From IMG/VR virus record IMGVR_UViG_2061766007_000731: a stretch of 45,123 nt of DNA. One strand, 5' to 3'. This document shows positions 40,448 to 45,123 of the stretch, piece by piece. The DNA comes from an uncultured virus (IMG/VR IMGVR_UViG_2061766007_000731). Lineage: Duplodnaviria; Heunggongvirae; Uroviricota; Caudoviricetes. The notes under the pieces are model-generated. The model searched no databases. It was not told where the DNA came from and worked only from the letters and a program-made list of their open reading frames with translations. The position numbers were made by a program, and so were the translations under genes. Position 1 is the first letter of the stretch. Each line of letters opens with the position of its first letter.

Positions 40448-41142
40448 AAATAATATCCATGTATAAAATTAAATAAGTCTTTATAGGATTTATTGTTTTC
40501 TATATATCCGTCAAATTGATGATTTGTGTACATTTCTTCAATTTCTTTTTCTGAAGCGTGTGTTCCTGGACGGCAAGTATCTCGAATAAGTAATATAGCT
40601 TTTCCATTAAGTTTGTGTATAGCTTCTAATTCTACTTTGAATCTAAGATCAGATATAATAATGTTATTGTTATTTTTTAATGTAGATAAAATTCATATAT
40701 TATCTCCAAATGTATTACGCATACATTCGGTTCCAAATACTTGAAGTAATTGTCGAATTGTTATATAATTATTTTGTATAAAAGATAAATCTTTATTATT
40801 TATCATTCGTGAAAATTTACCTTCGCTTATTATTTTTTCTTTATCTGGTTTGTTTGTAATTTCTAACGTTGGAAAATATATGTATCAATTTTCTTTAAAG
40901 TTTCTATCTTCAAATTTTTTAATATCTATATTTAACAATGCCGCTAATGTTCTTTTTAAAGGATATGCGAAACTAGTAATTTTATATTTACCATTAGTAG
41001 AAATTTTTGAAAATATTTTATACCAAAAATAGTTGTGAAATATTTTTGGATAGTTATAAAGATACTGCAACATTTTAGCTGCAGTATCTTTTCCAGATCC
41101 TTTATATCCAGCAATTGCTATAATTTTATTTTGCGTCCGCAT
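40448..41142 (-). CDS. Deoxynucleotide monophosphate kinase (T4 gp1-like); stop at or within the N gap
   Basis: IAIAGYKGSGKDT, SFAYPLK, TIRQLLQVFGTECMR, DNI-W(TGA)-I, IISDLRFKVE, HASE. Confidence 0.88.
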
Positions 41143-42100
41143 AACATTTAAATATTAGTCCTGGTAAGTTATACTGCTCTAATTCTTTATTAGCGTGTTC
41201 AATTATTATTTTTGACCATAAATAATAACTGAGTTCTTTATCTTTATCACTAATATTATTATAATTATCAAAAGCGTTAAAATCTTTATAACGCAACGCT
41301 CATCCAGTATAATTAAAGTTTACACTATTTCGTACTTGCTTTAAGCCGGTACTATTTCAAGCTTTACCTTCTTTTATATTATTTTTTCGTAATAATAATC
41401 TAATCGTACATGGAACTTCACTTACATCATAACCTACTAACATTTGTAAACCTAAATCAATAGATGATTTATCCGATGAATTTAATAAATCATATAACAA
41501 ATCAACATCGTTTTTTGTCATAGGTTCCATTTTTCTATTAATAGTAATATCTAATTTTTTATCAGTAATGCATTTAGTAAATTCTCCATTAAGAATTTTT
41601 AATAAATCCTCTCATACTAATTTTGAACAAACTCCAACTTGTTTTAATATACCACAAAAAGTAGTTTTATATTTTTCTTCAATATATTTTATTTTTCGTT
41701 TTAAACTAAAATTAGTGCCTTTTACAACATCAATATCTTCTAATTTAAATACACAATAATAAGTGGTATTATTTTCAAATAAATATAAATTATCTTTTAC
41801 GTTATACGTAATATTTCCAATTACTTGATAATCTGATTTATCAACCTTAATACATCTATTATAATTTAAATCTTTTATTTTGTATCGAGGAAATTTTGAT
41901 GTTTTTCCAAAATATAAAGTAGAGTTTTCTTCTATATTATCTACCATTGCGTTTTTTAACGTATCTTGTATATTTGGAAAATTATCACTTATGTTAAACA
42001 TTATGTCGCCATTAAAATCATATGGAAAAAAAGATACATCCATTTCTTGACTTCAATATCCACGATTTATATAAAATATTGTCTTGTTGTTATAAATCAT
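41126..42100 (-). CDS. Hypothetical protein (324 aa)
   Basis: ATG at 42100 (TAATG overlap with the AAA gene stop), open to TAA 41128-41126 with TGA=W. Contains LYFGKTSKFPRYK and LLNSSDKSSIDLGLQML. Confidence 0.75.
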
Positions 42101-43297
42101 TATTTAACTTTTGCTCTAATTTTAGGATTAAGCATAAATTTATTACATCTTCCTGGATAATTTTTAAGTAGATTTTTAATAATATTAAAAATTAAATCGT
42201 CGGAAAANNNNNNNNNNNNNNNNNNNNNNNNNNNNNNNNNNNNNNNNNNNNNNNNNNNNNNNNNNNNNNNNNNNNNNNNNNNNNNNNNNNNNNNNNNNNN
42301 NNNNNNNNNNNNNNNNNNNNNNNNNNNNNNNNNNNNNNNNNNNNNNNNNNNNNNNNNNNNNNNNNNNNNNNNNNNNNNNNNNNNNNNNNNNNNNNNNNNN
42401 NNNNNNNGTTTATCCAATTTATTTGCAATAAAATTAGTAAACAATCCTCCAACAATGTTATCTGGATCATTAAAACAACCAGAGGCTATTTGCAATATCA
42501 TTGCTAAATTTTCAGGCGTTTCCCAATCATCTATACCAGATATAATGTCAGCAAACATAGTNNNNNNNNNNNNNNNNNNNNNNNNNNNNATGTGAATGTG
42601 TTCCTTTTGAGTCCATTAATTCATTACTATATAATAACATAAAATTAATTGCTCGTCCATCGAGATTTTGACTATCTGCCCATTTTGCCCAAGAGTTAAT
42701 ATCAAAACGAACTTTAAAATTTACTTTTCTAGTAACAAAAGCTTCATCAGTACTATTTACATTATAGTCAGAATTATCTGGGTTATCTGTTAATATAATT
42801 GTAGTTTTTGGTGGAAGTTTAAAACTTCACATTTCTTGTTTATATATTAACTCATAACAAGCTTGAATTATATTTGGCAAACTTCTGCAAAAGTCATCAA
42901 GAAGTAAAATAGTACCTTTAGATGTATCGATATTTTTATACCATTCTGGTAACGCATATGACATTTTGGTGTCGCCAGTTAAATGATATCCAGCTTTAAC
43001 ATAACCATCAATTAATTCTGGTGCAATTCATTTGCATTCACCATTAGGTAAACATGCATAATGTAAACAAACAGGCCACCCACAAAGATCGCCAGTTTCA
43101 GTAATTTGAGCAAGAGGAAGTTTTACATAATTATAATCAAGTTCGTCTGCAATTTGTTCTATAATAGCACTTTTACCAATTCCTGCTTCTGCAATTAAAT
43201 CAATTGGTTTTGGAACTTTACCTTCTTCTTGTAATCTTTCATTGTTTTTTATAATATATTTAATAAGTGTTTTTACTTCACTTAATGTTAATTCCAN
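42100..43297 (-). CDS. MoxR-like AAA+ ATPase
   Basis: Walker A AEAGIGKS, LAQITETGDLCG.P, Walker B ILLLDDFCR, ILTDNP, DEAFVTR. Start inferred as nTG at the gap edge. Two internal N gaps. Confidence 0.85.
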
Positions 43298-43365
43298 NNN
43301 NNNNNNNNNNNNNNNNNNNNNNNNNNNNNNNNNNNNNNNNNNNNNNNNNNNNNNNNNNNNNNNNN

Positions 43366-44376
43366 TAACCATCTGTAAATATTACAAATGTTGAATATTC
43401 AGAATGATTTTTATAATAGTTTCAAGCTTCAGTACAATCAGTGCCGCCTCTACCACATATCTCTATTTTTTGATTTTTATTTTTATAAGTAAATTTGTTA
43501 GTAATGTGTGTATCGAATTCTAATACATCTACTGTAACTCCGCTTTTATGCAAATGATCTATTTCAGTAAAAAAATCTGATAGTTCGTCATNNNNNNNNN
43601 NNNNNNNNNNNNNCTGCAACTAATACCTTTGGTTTAAATTTTAAAACGTTTCCAGGTTGATCTTTAAATCTTTTAGACGGTTTGTATCTAGTAGATTTGA
43701 TAAAAGACTCTATAGAATTACCTATTACTCTTCTAAAATAAGATTTTCAATTAAAAACTGCATCTCTCTCTTTAAATAAAGAGTCTATGTACGTTTTTAA
43801 TTCACCTGGAATTTTACCTTGTTGTTTTATTATTTCTTCTGCACAATGTTTTGCTTGTGCATTAATTTGCTGTTTAACGAGTTCTTTTTCGGCATCAGAT
43901 AAATCAGCAAAATCTTTTCAATTTTCATGAGATCCTATTTCTGATATATGTTTTATTTCAAAACCAGGTTTTTTAGCGTATTGTTCTAAGTTTTCATAAT
44001 ATCATTTTGTGCCTTGTTTTTCGGGCATGTTAAATAATGCAGGATATACATATGGATTTTGTTGTAATATAGGAATATATGAATTTACTTCACAATCAGT
44101 TGCATAATTTAATTGTTCATGATTATTATAATATTGATCCATAAAAATATGGCCTAATAAAATATGCATTAATTCGTGTTGAATAACGCCAATTGCTATA
44201 TCTTCTGATAATTTTTCAAATCAATCTTTATTAACAATTAACTCTGTATTAATTCCATTTTTACATACTCCTGCAGTAGGTATATCGTTACTATAATATT
44301 TGTTTAAGCCTAAAGCAAATATACCATAAAAAGGCTCTCGAATTAATAATTTCTTTATACAAGATGTAATATCCAT
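43366..44376 (-). CDS. Zincin metallopeptidase + vWA domain protein (DUF2201-like); stop in N gap
   Basis: EPFYG, HELMHILLGH, NYATDCEVN, FN-W(TGA)-KSYFRR, KVLVA[gap where DxSxS is expected], GRGGTD, IFTDG. Confidence 0.85.
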
Positions 44377-44549
44377 TATTCAATAACTTCTATTTCACTT
44401 ATGTTTTCCTCAGTAATTTTTAAGTTTAAAATAATATAATCAAGTAGTCTTGCGTAACCACCCATTTTATTTATATATGAATTTATTTTTTCTTGTCTAG
44501 TGTTACCATCAAGACTAATTCCACGATGGTTAAATGTTATTGTTGACAT
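44376..44549 (-). CDS. Small hypothetical protein (57 aa)
   Basis: MSTITFNHRGISLDGNTRQEK..EIEVIE*, with TAATG stop/start overlaps at both ends. Not in the supplied ORF track. Confidence 0.7.
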   Translation of the reverse strand: MSTITFNHRGISLDGNTRQEKINSYINKMGGYARLLDYIILNLKITEENISEIEVIE

Positions 44550-45123
44550 TAATCATTTACTAAAAATTCTTTAGCATAAGGTAAATCTTTTATAAATTTA
44601 CAAAATGCGCCTCAATCTTCTTTTAATTTATGATTTTTTCGCTGTGCATAAATATTACGTAATTGCATGTAATTAGTACTAACTCTCATAAATAATTCTA
44701 TGCCTTGCGGACAATTAGAAATTAATTTCATAAAAGCGATATATTTTTCCTCTTCGTTAGTAGCATTATTATATTGCTCCATTAATAATTTCATATTATT
44801 GAGAGAAGTTTGGTTTACATATTTATTATACTTCGTAGGATCGTCAGCCATTTTTGTAAGCGTGTGCATCTTACTTGAACTGGTAACTATATCTAAAAAG
44901 TGATATCGTTGTAATTCTGGAGATATATAGTTTGGATATTTAATATCAAAACTAACTCTTATTCCTGTTAAAAAGTTAGCATGTCCTGAATTACTAGGAG
45001 TTTTAGCTAATTTAATAGCCCGTTCCAATGATTTTTCAAAATCTTCGGTAGAATAATTCGACGGATTTATTCTCATTGCGTTTCTACAAGCTATTATACT
45101 TTCTTGTAAATCATAAATTTTTA
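44549..45123 (-). CDS. ThyX-like (flavin-dependent thymidylate synthase-like) phage protein, 5' partial
   Basis: SGHANFLTGIRVSFDI, ELQRYHF..SSSKMH, STNYMQLRNIYAQRKNHKLKED-W(TGA)-GAFCKFIKDLPY. TAA at 44551-44549. Confidence 0.6.

Larger units (their letters stand above)
1..45123. other. crAss-like (Crassvirales-type) phage genome segment using TGA=Trp
   Basis: Giant virion RNA polymerase gene with GSDYDIDKL, large co-oriented virion genes, a Bacteroidota-type promoter, and in-frame TGA at conserved Trp positions. All visible gene ends are TAA or TAG. Confidence 0.92.

Noticed and set aside
39930..40466. Long ORFs spanning the ~470-nt N gap
   Set aside because: Artefacts of N translation. At least one minus-strand gene ending at 39961 is probably hidden there but cannot be described.
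1..45123. Widespread pseudogenisation suggested by fragmented ORFs
   Set aside because: Breaks are in-frame TGA codons at Trp positions or N gaps, and frames stay otherwise open for kilobases.
1..45123. Mycoplasma/Mollicute chromosome (also code 4)
   Set aside because: Gene content is phage-like (crAss-type polymerase and virion genes), no housekeeping genes are visible, and the promoter is Bacteroidota-type.

Overview
This AT-rich window is a fragment of a crAss-like (Crassvirales-type) bacteriophage genome that reads TGA as tryptophan. The many short ORFs in the supplied track are pieces of a few very long genes broken at in-frame TGA codons and N gaps. The + strand (1-39524) carries a late/virion module: a tail stabilization/muzzle-type protein, a putative virion protein, a zinc-ribbon homing endonuclease, a DUF192 protein, a small gene with its own Bacteroidota-type promoter and terminator, two putative cargo proteins, and three giant proteins. 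The giants are ~3270 aa with an SF1 helicase domain, ~3600 aa virion RNA polymerase with a DYDID catalytic loop plus P-loop and zincin domains, and ~1625 aa with a PD-(D/E)xK nuclease domain. The convergent - strand (~39575-45123) carries a ThyX-like protein, a zincin+vWA protein, a MoxR-like AAA ATPase, a dNMP kinase and hypotheticals. The most intriguing patterns are matched terminal cysteines across the three giant proteins (..DCRVNL* / MEC..YTC* / MEC..) and a recurrent basic-x-x-x-GG motif in the smaller virion proteins. N gaps have approximate lengths, so gene joins across them are inferred. All family assignments come from motif recognition, not database searches.
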